Part shown: piece by piece, positions 63,223 through 64,000 of the stretch
Numbering within the stretch: position 1 is the stretch's first letter
Layout: the number at the start of each line of letters is the position of its first letter
Source of the DNA: Lama glama
Lineage: Eukaryota
Length of the DNA stretch: 64,000 bases
Assembly (NCBI GenBank): GCA_028534125.1
Contig: CM052817.1
Coordinates: 62,560,001 to 62,624,000 of the forward strand
Reading direction: 5' to 3'
Notes under the pieces: model-generated
What the model was told of the DNA's origin: nothing
Seen by the model: the letters and a program-made list of their open reading frames with translations, nothing else
Databases searched by the model: none
Position numbers and translations under genes: made by a program

Positions 63223-64000
63223 GCATACACTATGTGTCAGAATATATGTCAATACTTAAAATAAGATTATTCTCCACTTTCCAGTTTGGCAGATACGCAA
63301 ATGAAAAAAAAAGTTTTATGTTTTTCACATTCGTGATGAGGTAGTTGTATTTTTGTTAATTTAGATAGACATGTATACCAATATATTATATCACATAACT
63401 AATTAACTTAGAATTTTTGCTTTATCCCACTCTCTCATTTCAAACTCTCTAGTCAGTATCTGTGGCGTTAATACCATCCGGATCACTTGAGATGCTTTTT
63501 GAATCAGCTAGCATACTTTTCCAGAGCACATCACTTCATTTCCATAAAAGTCGTATGAGATGTAACACATTGTGAATCTATATTTCAAGCTGTCTTTGGA
63601 AATTATATTCACCTGCAAGAATCCATTTCTTAAAAGAAATTATCTTATAGGACAGGATTGGAAATATAACTCAGTCTATCGCCAGAATTTACACACTTAC
63701 TGATTTTTTATGAATGATAATAAGCTGACTTGTATACAATGACGCAGACCTTTGTAACTCTTAGCTCAAAACCTCACAAAATAGTATTAAATCTACCTTT
63801 TATTGACTACTTACTGTGTGCTCCACATTTTAAAGATTCCTCTACACACGTTTTCTCACTATTACAGCCCAGTCATCATCGATTTAGGACAAGCTACTGT
63901 GGACTCTGGCATATACAGAATGTATTCTGTTAACTTTAATTATTGGACAAATGATTGTAACAGACGTAGTTACTAGCAAGAGCTATTCCTTAAAATATTA

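Noticed and set aside
1419..63933. Remaining 60-125 aa ORFs in the track
   Set aside because: Lengths and Leu/Phe/Ile/Ser-rich composition are as expected by chance in AT-rich DNA; many start at non-ATG codons or lie in repeats; no domain recognised
1..64000. CRISPR array, operon, or prokaryotic/viral defence-type system
   Set aside because: The sequence is mammalian; there is no regularly spaced repeat-spacer array and no gene-dense ORF cluster

Overview
AT-rich, repeat-dense placental mammal genomic DNA. It is probably camelid, because it carries a tRNA-Ala-derived vic-1-type SINE and I recognised no Alu, B1/B2, Bov-tA or Can-SINE. There is no complete gene. The first ~2.2 kb appear to hold the 3' end of an unidentified + strand gene, with one well-supported terminal exon (LIDYVSQSGT*) and a possible alternative last exon. 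The rest looks like gene-desert or long-intron DNA: nested L1, L2, CR1/L3, MIR, MaLR/ERVL LTR and hAT/Tigger fossils between repeat-free blocks that look like conserved non-coding elements. ORF-track entries are L1 ORF2 debris or chance ORFs. I found no convincing novel multi-gene system. The most unusual structures are a diverged ~320-370 bp direct duplication 3.2 kb apart, a recursive-splice-like YnCAG|GTAAG site, an inverted pair of L1 3' ends, and several hairpin-forming or splice-competent unique segments. Repeat subfamily names are recalled from consensus sequences by eye, and boundaries are approximate unless a TSD or TIR is quoted.
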